Of a DNA stretch of 64,000 nt, positions 10,407 to 18,537 are shown piece by piece. The stretch comes from Holosporaceae bacterium. Lineage in GTDB: Bacteria > Pseudomonadota > Alphaproteobacteria > UBA3830. The position numbers were made by a program, and so were the translations under genes. The notes under the pieces are model-generated. The model saw nothing but the letters and a program-made list of their open reading frames with translations, made no database searches and had not been told where the DNA came from. The stretch spans positions 327 through 64,326 of the forward strand of contig JAITQS010000011.1 in NCBI GenBank assembly GCA_031288795.1, given 5' to 3'. How positions within the stretch are numbered: the stretch's first letter is position 1; the number at the start of each line of letters is the position of its first letter.

Positions 10407-10545
10407 GAAACTGCCTAATGAGATTTTTCTTGCAAGAACGAGGAAAAATGTAGCGCAAGACCGCAGTGTACTGCCTGTACATGAGGATCCGAGCAACGAA
10501 TTCGACGAAATCGACGGCGAGAAAAATCCATTAGGCAACAGTCTC
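10407..10545 (+). repeat. palindromic MITE-like element, full-length copy B
   Basis: It starts 3 nt after the phasin stop. It shares the private variant GGAAAAATGTAGCGC with copy C. Confidence 0.85.
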
Positions 10546-10581
10546 ATAATGTAATAGCCTCATATGGTTCATTACATTCAA

Positions 10582-11103
10582 CTATTGGAATTTCCCTTGT
10601 TTTTCTCCAGAAATTATTGGCTGTTTCCCTCGATTAAAACCGCTCTTCCCCAGTTCCTCCTTTATAGGGCAATCCAAATTTTGCGACGTTTCTTCTGAAA
10701 TTTCCGAATTACCGCAGCAATTGCTCCCGGAAGCAACTTGCGCCGCCAAAATTTCAATAATGCTCCGATTATTCACCTTGAATTTATCCAACAATTCCAT
10801 TTTATGTTCCACTATCTTTTTTTCCTGCGCCAACAAAACTGCCTCATGACAACAACAGAGACTTTTAGCCCCCTCACTTTTCAATATAGTTTCCCTATGA
10901 TGGCAACAATGATTCTGGGATAAATCTTTTATTTTATTTTTTAAAATAGCATCTGCAAGATCAGCCTCCAGCTCATTCATAATTCTTTGGATCTCCTCCA
11001 CTTCAGCCGCTTTCGGAATCAAAATGTTCAGCGCCGATGCAGAAATTCCGCCTAAAAATGACGCCAACACAATAATCATAATTTTTTTGCCCAGATTTGC
11101 CAT
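10582..11103 (-). CDS. hypothetical N-terminally anchored protein with Cys/His clusters
   Basis: 173 aa. TM/signal anchor IMIIVLASFLGGISASALNIL, a coiled-coil-like middle, and clusters HCCHH, CCCH and NCCGN. Its ATG directly follows the TAA of the upstream gene (TAAATG). Confidence 0.55.
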   Translation of the reverse strand: MANLGKKIMIIVLASFLGGISASALNILIPKAAEVEEIQRIMNELEADLADAILKNKIKDLSQNHCCHHRETILKSEGAKSLCCCHEAVLLAQEKKIVEHKMELLDKFKVNNRSIIEILAAQVASGSNCCGNSEISEETSQNLDCPIKEELGKSGFNRGKQPIISGEKQGKFQ

Positions 11104-13326
11104 TTAAAATTGCTCACTTGTTAATATATCATCCTCATATTTCGAGATATCTTTCTTCTTTGTTGGGGTGGACGTGCCGGTACCCACACCGCCCCTGCCG
11201 AACGAATCCCATGCTTTTGAGCCTCCTCCGGTGGTCCACACCACATCATTGCCCGCAGACGGTTTGCTTCCCTTGACAACGGCTTTCCCCATCCAATTGG
11301 AATTTGCCCGAGAATCAACCAAAACTGCCGATTGCTCAGTAATTTCAGCTGCAGATTTTTCTTCAGCAGATTTTTTCGCGACGGATGAAACCTGCTTTTT
11401 TTCAGACTCATCTAAAGATTCGCCTTCTAAAAAACCACCGTTATCCGCATCGGAATTATCTTCTTCTACTTTATTATTTTCCGCATTGGAATTGTCTTTT
11501 TCGTTTTTGTTTTCTTTTTTAGCGCCATCTTCGTTGCCGCCTTGATCTTCGGCAGATTTTTCATCATTTTTCTCCTGATCTGATTTTTCGTCGTCCTGGT
11601 CGTCGCCCTCCTGATCTGGTTTTTCGTCGTCCTGGTCGTCGCCTTCCCGATCTGATTTTTCGTCGTCCTGGTCGTCGTCTTCCTGATCTGGTTTTTCGTC
11701 GTCCTGGTCGTCGTCTTCCTGATCTGGTTTTTCGTCGTCCTGGTCGTCGTCTTCCTGATCTGATTTTTCGTCGTCCTGGTCGTCGTCTTCCCGATCTGAT
11801 TTTTCGTCGTCCTGATCGTCGTCTTCCCGATCTGATTTTTCGTCGTCCTGGTCGTCGTCTTCCCGATCTGATTTTTCGCCATCCCGATCGTCGTCTTCCC
11901 GATCTGATTTTTCGCCATCCCGATCGTCGTCTTCCCGATCTGATTTTTCGTCATCCCGATCGTCGTCTTCCCCACTGCTATTGAACCGTTCTCCGCTATC
12001 CTTATCGCGATCTGACCTTCTGTCGTCCCGATCATCCTCCTCCCGATCTGATCTTCTATCATCCCGGTCATCGTCCTCCCGGTCTGACCTTCTGTCGTCC
12101 CGATCGTCGTCTAACCCACTACTATTGAACCGTTCTTCGTTATCGTCCCCTCGATCTGATCTCCTGTCATCCCGATCGTCGTCTGATATGCTAATATTGA
12201 ACTGCGTTTCATCATTGCGATCTCTATCCGATCTTTCATCGCTGTCCTCGTTATTGTCGTATCGATTTTTATCAGATCTACCATTGTCCTCATAGTTGTC
12301 ATCATCTAGTCTTCCGTCGTCATCTCTGATGTCAAAGTGCTCTTCTTCTTTGCGCTGAACCTGCTCTTGAGGTTCCGGAACATTGGAAATATTTTGCACA
12401 TTGTTTTCGTGGGGTATCAACTCGATTTTGGGAGTACTCGCCGGCTCGCTTTTTCCAGCGTTCCCAGATTCAACCGGAGAGATATTCACCGATTCATCTT
12501 CCGCCGTAGCCGACGATTCATCTTCCGCCGTAGCCGACGATTCACCTACCGCCGTAGCCGACGATTCATCTGCTGCCGTAGCCGACGATTCATCTGCTGC
12601 CGTAGCCGGCGATTCATCTGCTGCCGTAGCCGACGATTCATCTACCGCCGTAGCCGACGATTCATCTTCCGCCGTAGCCGACGATTCATCTACCGCCGTA
12701 GCCGACGATTCATCTAGCGCGGTACTTGGCGGTTTATTTTCTTCAACAACTATCTCTTCTTCTTCCCAGTCAGGAGATATTCCAGGAGGGGCTTTTTTTT
12801 CCGGCTGCATTTCCAGCTCCCAGTTTGGATAATTCATCTCCGGAGAGAATTCTCCCCAATTTGGAAATGGCTTTTCGGAAGGCTTAGCTTTTACGGGGAA
12901 TGTATTTAGATCCCAATCCGGATAATTGGGTTTTGAAAAAGCTTCATCTTCCCAGGTCGGTGGATTTTTTTTGGGAGGTCGCTTTCTTCCGAGCGGTATA
13001 TTTAGATCCCAATCCGGATAGTTTGCTTTGGTTTTTTGGGGAAGATTGTCGTTACGTTCATGATCTTCCGGTGGCAATAGCAAAATTTCCTCCAGAAGTT
13101 TTTGATTTTCCACGAACAATCTATTGATTGTTTTTTTTTGCTCGTTGTTGTAGCCGTTGTCGTGGGTTAGATGCAACAGCAAGTTATGTCCGACCAGGGC
13201 GAGTTTATCTTTCGGATGTAGACTGTATATGTCGAAGCTCACTGCAGCGCATGTGGCTCCAATGCTTTTTAGAAGCAAGAATATGACAAAAAATGCGTAG
13301 TGCAACCTAAACCTCGGCTGATACAT
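11104..13326 (-). CDS. hyper-acidic tandem-repeat secreted protein
   Basis: 740 aa. Signal-like N-terminus (FFVIFLLLKSIGATCAAVS). Trp motifs NYPDWDLN (x2), NYPNWELE, FPNWGEF and SPDWEEEE. About 10 copies of DESSATA(V/E/A). Many 12-aa D/E/R/K/S units (DDDRDDRRSDRE, DREDDDQDDEKS). Gly-rich basic C-terminus. Confidence 0.7.
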   Translation of the reverse strand: MYQPRFRLHYAFFVIFLLLKSIGATCAAVSFDIYSLHPKDKLALVGHNLLLHLTHDNGYNNEQKKTINRLFVENQKLLEEILLLPPEDHERNDNLPQKTKANYPDWDLNIPLGRKRPPKKNPPTWEDEAFSKPNYPDWDLNTFPVKAKPSEKPFPNWGEFSPEMNYPNWELEMQPEKKAPPGISPDWEEEEIVVEENKPPSTALDESSATAVDESSATAEDESSATAVDESSATAADESPATAADESSATAADESSATAVGESSATAEDESSATAEDESVNISPVESGNAGKSEPASTPKIELIPHENNVQNISNVPEPQEQVQRKEEEHFDIRDDDGRLDDDNYEDNGRSDKNRYDNNEDSDERSDRDRNDETQFNISISDDDRDDRRSDRGDDNEERFNSSGLDDDRDDRRSDREDDDRDDRRSDREEDDRDDRRSDRDKDSGERFNSSGEDDDRDDEKSDREDDDRDGEKSDREDDDRDGEKSDREDDDQDDEKSDREDDDQDDEKSDREDDDQDDEKSDQEDDDQDDEKPDQEDDDQDDEKPDQEDDDQDDEKSDREGDDQDDEKPDQEGDDQDDEKSDQEKNDEKSAEDQGGNEDGAKKENKNEKDNSNAENNKVEEDNSDADNGGFLEGESLDESEKKQVSSVAKKSAEEKSAAEITEQSAVLVDSRANSNWMGKAVVKGSKPSAGNDVVWTTGGGSKAWDSFGRGGVGTGTSTPTKKKDISKYEDDILTSEQF
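11575..12190. repeat. 36-bp coding tandem repeats
   Basis: Unit CTGATCTGATTTTTCGTCGTCCTGGTCGTCGTCTTC, with 11 near-perfect copies from 11575. More diverged 36-bp units follow up to about 12190. The repeats give open frames in several phases. Confidence 0.85.
12491..12722. repeat. 24-bp coding tandem repeats
   Basis: Unit GATTCATCTTCCGCCGTAGCCGAC, with about 9.5 consecutive copies carrying single-base variants. Confidence 0.9.
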
Positions 13327-13366
13327 CTACGCATTTTAGCAATTGTGTATTAACAAATTATAAAAT

Positions 13367-13849
13367 TTACTGAATTTTTAATTTTTCTAGTATGGTAGAT
13401 GAAATTTTGTCATCTTTATCTTTGCTTCCTCTGGAGGATCCGAATTCGAAGCTGTAGGCATCTTTCAGGCATGCGCCAAAAATTCCCGCTATGGTTGAGA
13501 CAATACCCACAACTTCGCCGGGTAAGTCTCCTTTGTAAGAAATGAGCATCAGCAGACAAAACACCAGTCCGAGCGCGGCTCCGATTACCATTATGTTCAA
13601 CCTTTTGTTGCGATTAAAGGCGTTGATCATGGAAATATGTGAGTTTGTTTTGGCGTCTTCAAAATTTTGAAAGCATTTTTTTTTCGTGGAATCTTGCGAA
13701 ATATTTTTTGGCAATGGGTCGTCATTTTTTTCAAATGATTTGATTGTATCATCATTGTTGTGGTTATTTTTTTGTATTGTTTCCTTTAGGGCTTTTTCTT
13801 TGATGGTGTCAATGGAATCCAACACGATTCTTTCCAGTATATTTTTCAT
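13367..13849 (-). CDS. hypothetical membrane protein, holin-like topology
   Basis: 160 aa. A hydrophilic N-terminal half is followed by two TM segments (LNIMVIGAALGLVFCLLMLISY, VVGIVSTIAGIFGACL) and a charged tail. It starts 9 nt downstream of the SleB-type hydrolase gene. Confidence 0.5.
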   Translation of the reverse strand: MKNILERIVLDSIDTIKEKALKETIQKNNHNNDDTIKSFEKNDDPLPKNISQDSTKKKCFQNFEDAKTNSHISMINAFNRNKRLNIMVIGAALGLVFCLLMLISYKGDLPGEVVGIVSTIAGIFGACLKDAYSFEFGSSRGSKDKDDKISSTILEKLKIQ

Positions 13850-13858
13850 TTTTTTCTC

Positions 13859-14269
13859 CTATTTTTTCAATTCATAAAAGCAATGCGATCCGAATACTCT
13901 TCGGGGATGTAGATGGGCGGCCCAGTGTGGTTTTATGAATTTTTGGTGATAGTGATCGCAGCCATCGGTGAGATCTGGCCATTTTTCCGTTAAAACATTT
14001 TCGGCTGTTTCTCTACATTTTTTAAAAATTGCGTCATTACTTATTTGGGTAACTATTTTGTAGTTGGGATCATTTTTATTCCAGCAGGAAAATTGATATG
14101 GAGCCAAGCAAACATCGTAGATTGTTGGAGCAAAATTTTTATTTTTCCGATTCACTACAACGTTTGCAATTGCCAGAAGAGATGTAATGCCATATATATA
14201 GAATTCTCCTCTTGCTTCTCCATAAATTGTTTTTGCCAATGTATCTAGATCCTGTTTTGTAAATTTCAT
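13859..14269 (-). CDS. SleB-family cell wall hydrolase (endolysin-like)
   Basis: 136 aa. Motifs: TIYGEARGE, IANVVVNR, YQFSCWN, GCDHYH, HCFY. These are characteristic of the Hydrolase_2/SleB family. Confidence 0.85.
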   Translation of the reverse strand: MKFTKQDLDTLAKTIYGEARGEFYIYGITSLLAIANVVVNRKNKNFAPTIYDVCLAPYQFSCWNKNDPNYKIVTQISNDAIFKKCRETAENVLTEKWPDLTDGCDHYHQKFIKPHWAAHLHPRRVFGSHCFYELKK

Positions 14270-14275
14270 TTTACT

Positions 14276-15175
14276 TTATCCTTGTATAAAATTGATGGTG
14301 ATTAAATTTGTATTTTGTGTATGTGTCAATCCGGTACTTTTATAAGGCGTAGAGGTACCGGTAGTTATGTCAGTTAATTTTATTTTACATAGTCCATTTT
14401 TTAGGTCATCGTACAGATTCGTTTTCTGATCTTCCGGGGAGTTTTCTAGACCGACGAATAACGTACCACTTTTCAGTATTTGCTTTGCAAAAGGGTTTAT
14501 TCCTTTGGTCATTAATGTTGTGATCCTACTAACTATTATCGATGTGGTTTTGGCATGCGGAGCCGTTTGGAAAACGCACAATTCTATACTTTTCGGATGT
14601 CCGCCATATTCATAAAATCCGCCGTAGGGATAAATTTTGTATGATGCTTTTTCGGGAGAATTTTTATCATATAAAGGACCACCAAGTGTAGAATTATATT
14701 TTTCCACTATGGGAGTTCGAAGCGTAGGAAAATTTTTTTCAAACAAAATATCATCTTTTTTTTCGAAATCCATAACATAATTATCAAAAGATTTATGGAA
14801 GAAAACGTTTTTTTCATTTTCCAGCAGATACGTGCCGGAGTTTTCAAAAATAACGACAACTTTTGCCCAGAAAGAATGGGGATTTTTCACATCAGAATCC
14901 CCGTGAATTATTGGAGATCCATATATATCATTTTTTCCAAGACTTTTGTCATTTTCTATACGTTCCACCAATATCGGTGATGTAATTTTTATGCCCTCAA
15001 GACGAGCATTTAGCCTAATATTTTCGGGCCAAGTGTCCGCTAATTTTACATGACAATCTCCGGATTCGGTTTCGAGCCAAATCGGCGATTTTATATTTTC
15101 TTCTGTATCCGGAGTATCAGTAAAATCGCGAATATATACGCTGGATATTGATTTTATTCCTCTTGATAAAAACAT
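14276..15175 (-). CDS. hypothetical protein, phage-cluster associated
   Basis: 299-aa intact ORF. AGAGGA Shine-Dalgarno sequence. It lies 15 nt downstream of the 584-aa ORF and 6 nt upstream of the hydrolase. No family recognised. Confidence 0.55.
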   Translation of the reverse strand: MFLSRGIKSISSVYIRDFTDTPDTEENIKSPIWLETESGDCHVKLADTWPENIRLNARLEGIKITSPILVERIENDKSLGKNDIYGSPIIHGDSDVKNPHSFWAKVVVIFENSGTYLLENEKNVFFHKSFDNYVMDFEKKDDILFEKNFPTLRTPIVEKYNSTLGGPLYDKNSPEKASYKIYPYGGFYEYGGHPKSIELCVFQTAPHAKTTSIIVSRITTLMTKGINPFAKQILKSGTLFVGLENSPEDQKTNLYDDLKNGLCKIKLTDITTGTSTPYKSTGLTHTQNTNLITINFIQG

Positions 15176-15190
15176 AATTTTCCTCTTTAT

Positions 15191-16945
15191 TTATACTAAA
15201 AAATCGGGGATAGGATGATTTTTCCTAATGGCCTTTGTGGTGCTTAGCGGATGTAGAACTACCTTTATTTTTGTGGGATATCTTCTTAATTCGGCCTTTA
15301 GTTCTGCTACGCTTTTTGCTCTAATTTTTGCCAGCTGCGCCTCCTGTTCTTCCGGAGAATTCTCAACCGAAATTTTGGTTACTATATCCTGAGAATTTAT
15401 TTTTTCCTCTTCGTTATTAATGGACAATTTTTGAAAATATTCGTTTATTTTTTCAGTAGAAATTTCCGCGAATCCACCTAGATTGCAGCAAATCGTAATG
15501 TTAAAAATTCGGTGATTGCAATCGGCGAAAAAGGCAGTTTTCGTGACTTTTCCCGAGATAGATCCACCGGAAAATCTGTCGTCAATTACGGTAATTTGAT
15601 CATTTAGAGTTACATTTATAAAATTTTTGGCATAGACATTAAAATTAAGCTCCACATATCGTGACGAGTATTTTATAAGTGCGATTGCCTTCTGGACCGC
15701 ATAGCGAATTGCATTTTTTCCGCGATCCGTAGCGAAAAAAGAAGATGCCGTTTCGTCCGGTAGCGCATCTGGTATTTTTTCCAGTAATCGCCATTTTTTT
15801 TCGTCGAATTTATCTTCCGCCACATGGGCCGCTAGACACTCGAAAATTTGTCCAGAATGAAGTACTTTTTCGCCGCGATTATAATCCCAAAAGCTGTGCC
15901 ATTTTCGCTGCGCTTTTGGCAATTGCAGTGGACCGAGTTTCAAATTAATATTTTTTTCTCGGCCACCATTAGATTTCGTATTTATAACTTTTATTGTTAT
16001 ATTCTCGTTTATTTTTTGTTTATGATGCCAATTTACAAGTATTTGCCCTTTGAAATAAAATTTTTTAAACCTCACAAACTTTTGGGGAGATATTTCATTT
16101 TTTTCAATAGCATACTCTGCAGACACCGGCGAAAAATTTTGAAAAAAGTGCCTGTTTTGGGTCGGATAAATTTCTTTTATTTTACTGCTTATTAGCTCAT
16201 ATCCGGTATTTTTGGAAAATTTGCAAAAATTTTCCATTGCTGTTCCGATGTTAGTATAAGAAGACACCACGGAATTTTTGAAATTGCTAGCAATCAGCGG
16301 ATATAAATTAATGCATCCGTAGGCATGCCGCAGCCAACTGGTTTCGATGCTTATGCTTATGCTTTTGTAGGGTTCCCGAAATAACCGCACTTTTAGAGAG
16401 TTTTGCATAATGTCACATTTTTTGATTTCAAAATTTTTTGCGCCATGATTGATGTCCGATAGCGACAATTTTCCATTTGTCATGTCCCAATAGAAAATTT
16501 TACAATCTCCCTCCAAAAAAACCGTTGGATTATTCATATCTTTAGTTGAAAAAAATAAATCGTCAAAAATAATCGGATGATCCGACAGTTTATGCTTATC
16601 GATATTTTTGTATTGTTCGTAATTTAGTTGGCAGAAGTTGTTCAATTGGTTTTGATAATCTTCCGGTTCGGAAATAAATTCCAATTTCAGACAAGAGTTT
16701 CCAAATCCGATGGGAAAAGATACCAATCTTCCGGAAAAAATTATTTCCACATTTTGGTCATCTTTTTGAACAGCGATTTTGGCATATTTTTTAGTTACCA
16801 ATGGTTCGGTTGTAGTCACAACGACTTTTGCCGAGGCAAATCCACATTCTCTATGAACGATTTCCAGAGATATTATTTTTGCATCGCCGCGCCAAGATTT
16901 TTTTTCTTCGTGAAAAGAAAAACACCAATCAAATATCAATTTCAT
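15191..16945 (-). CDS. hypothetical large protein, candidate tail/host-recognition component
   Basis: 584-aa intact ORF. GGAGA Shine-Dalgarno sequence. Internal motif KWHSFWDYNRGEKVLHSGQIFECLAAHVAEDKFDEKKW resembles small carbohydrate-binding (CBM5/12-like) modules found in phage tail proteins. Otherwise unrecognised. Confidence 0.55.
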   Translation of the reverse strand: MKLIFDWCFSFHEEKKSWRGDAKIISLEIVHRECGFASAKVVVTTTEPLVTKKYAKIAVQKDDQNVEIIFSGRLVSFPIGFGNSCLKLEFISEPEDYQNQLNNFCQLNYEQYKNIDKHKLSDHPIIFDDLFFSTKDMNNPTVFLEGDCKIFYWDMTNGKLSLSDINHGAKNFEIKKCDIMQNSLKVRLFREPYKSISISIETSWLRHAYGCINLYPLIASNFKNSVVSSYTNIGTAMENFCKFSKNTGYELISSKIKEIYPTQNRHFFQNFSPVSAEYAIEKNEISPQKFVRFKKFYFKGQILVNWHHKQKINENITIKVINTKSNGGREKNINLKLGPLQLPKAQRKWHSFWDYNRGEKVLHSGQIFECLAAHVAEDKFDEKKWRLLEKIPDALPDETASSFFATDRGKNAIRYAVQKAIALIKYSSRYVELNFNVYAKNFINVTLNDQITVIDDRFSGGSISGKVTKTAFFADCNHRIFNITICCNLGGFAEISTEKINEYFQKLSINNEEEKINSQDIVTKISVENSPEEQEAQLAKIRAKSVAELKAELRRYPTKIKVVLHPLSTTKAIRKNHPIPDFLV

Positions 16946-16998
16946 CTTTTATTCTCCGTAAAAAAAATGTAGTATACGCCCACATAAAATGGTGATTT

Positions 16999-17895
16999 AT
17001 GTCTATTGCGTTCAACAAAAATTATTATCGCGCTATTTTCTTTTTATTGCTCATGATGTTGATTAGCTGCCTCAACGATGTCATAGCAAAATTTATTGGA
17101 AAGCGACTTGATTCTGTAGAAGTTATTTTCTTTAGATTTTTTTTCAGTTTCATAACTCTTTTACCATTTGTGGTTGTGCGCGGCGCGGCAATTTTCCAAA
17201 CGTCCAATTGGCGACTTAATGTTCTAAGGGGGATTTTTGGCGCCCTTAGTTTTTACCTCTATACCCATTCGCTGATGCGAATACACCTAGTTGAAATCGT
17301 GACAATTATGTGGACGATACCTTTATTTGTCGTTGTTCTTTCAATATTTTTTTTGAAAGAGCAAGTGAATATTATCAGGTGGATCTCCACACTGGTGGGT
17401 TTTTTCGGGCTCGCATTCATAATGTTATATGACAGCGGATCGTCATTTTCTTTCAAATTTGTATATATAATTCCGATTGCATCAGCGTTTCTTTTCGCAC
17501 TTCAGGACGTAATGGTAAAAAAAATGCTGGACACAGATGACCGCATTACCATGCTTTTGTATTTTGCCATTATAAGTAGCCTTCTAACATTTATTCCTGC
17601 GATTTTCGTCTGGAAAACTCCCACACTATTCGAATTATCCCTGCTATTATTGCTGGGATTTTTCGCCAACCTCATGCAATTTTTTATTTTCCGCGCGTTC
17701 GAAGCGGTAGATTTATCGGCGTTGGCTCCGTTCAGATACATAGAATTTTTATTATCCGCCTTTGTGGGGTTTATCTTTTTTAGAGAAATCGCCGGATTAA
17801 ATGTTCTAATTGGGGGCATAATTCTAGTTCCAAGCACATTATATTTGGCCTACAGCGAAAGAAGTGCCTCCCGTAAACGAGAGCGCAAAAAATAG
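16999..17895 (+). CDS. EamA/DMT-family transporter
   Basis: 298 aa with about 10 TM segments in two EamA-like halves. It is on the opposite strand inside the phage-like cluster. Confidence 0.8.
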   Translation: MSIAFNKNYYRAIFFLLLMMLISCLNDVIAKFIGKRLDSVEVIFFRFFFSFITLLPFVVVRGAAIFQTSNWRLNVLRGIFGALSFYLYTHSLMRIHLVEIVTIMWTIPLFVVVLSIFFLKEQVNIIRWISTLVGFFGLAFIMLYDSGSSFSFKFVYIIPIASAFLFALQDVMVKKMLDTDDRITMLLYFAIISSLLTFIPAIFVWKTPTLFELSLLLLLGFFANLMQFFIFRAFEAVDLSALAPFRYIEFLLSAFVGFIFFREIAGLNVLIGGIILVPSTLYLAYSERSASRKRERKK

Positions 17896-17902
17896 CATCA
17901 TC

Positions 17903-18499
17903 TTATACTTCTTCCAGAACAATTTTCCAGCTGCCATTCATGTTCCATTCGTTGGTTTCGAAGGAAAAGTCCACCACCGTCATGATTAACCACGGGCGAA
18001 AACTAACAAATATTTTTTCATTGTATTTTTTTAAAAGTTCCACTTCATTGCTGCCGTCATTAAAATTAAATTTTATGGAATCTCCGGCGGTATTGAGAAC
18101 ATTTATGGAGTCCTTAACAACCGGTCTTATGAGTCGTATTTTTTGTTGTCCCGCTTCAATGGATTGCCATAAATTTTGTATACATCCTACATTGATTTGG
18201 GATCCAATCCAAATGCTGTCTATGATCGGAAAATTTACGTCTCGACAAGATATGATACTTTTATATTTTTTATTTTCGGAAGCTTTTAAAAATAATAAAT
18301 CGCCGTTTAGGGATTTTTTGAATTCTCCGTTAGGAATGGGATGTAGTTCCTGAGTACAGTTTCGTGCACTTTCCGGAGGCAATCCTACAATACCAAGTAT
18401 TAAATTTGTTTCATTCATTTTAGTCCATCCATTCGGGCATTGTTGTTGGGGTCGTTCGGGAGACATATTCCAGATATTCGGCCAATTTATCCATTGCAT
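17903..18499 (-). CDS. hypothetical protein following the neck genes
   Basis: 198-aa intact ORF, 38 nt downstream of the terminator-like ORF. It sits where a major tail protein would be expected, but no tail-family motif is recognised. Confidence 0.5.
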   Translation of the reverse strand: MQWINWPNIWNMSPERPQQQCPNGWTKMNETNLILGIVGLPPESARNCTQELHPIPNGEFKKSLNGDLLFLKASENKKYKSIISCRDVNFPIIDSIWIGSQINVGCIQNLWQSIEAGQQKIRLIRPVVKDSINVLNTAGDSIKFNFNDGSNEVELLKKYNEKIFVSFRPWLIMTVVDFSFETNEWNMNGSWKIVLEEV

Positions 18500-18537
18500 T
18501 TTCTTCTTCTGAATTCATATTTTGTATAATTGCAGTA

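Noticed and set aside
11466-12832. Multiple long ORFs in other frames and on the plus strand across the tandem-repeat region (11466-12071 minus; 11981-12295, 12337-12717 and 12383-12832 plus).
   Set aside because: They are by-products of the 24-bp and 36-bp repeat periodicity, which keeps several frames open. They consist of monotonous repeat peptides and lie entirely inside the 740-aa gene, which has a proper signal peptide and non-repetitive ends.
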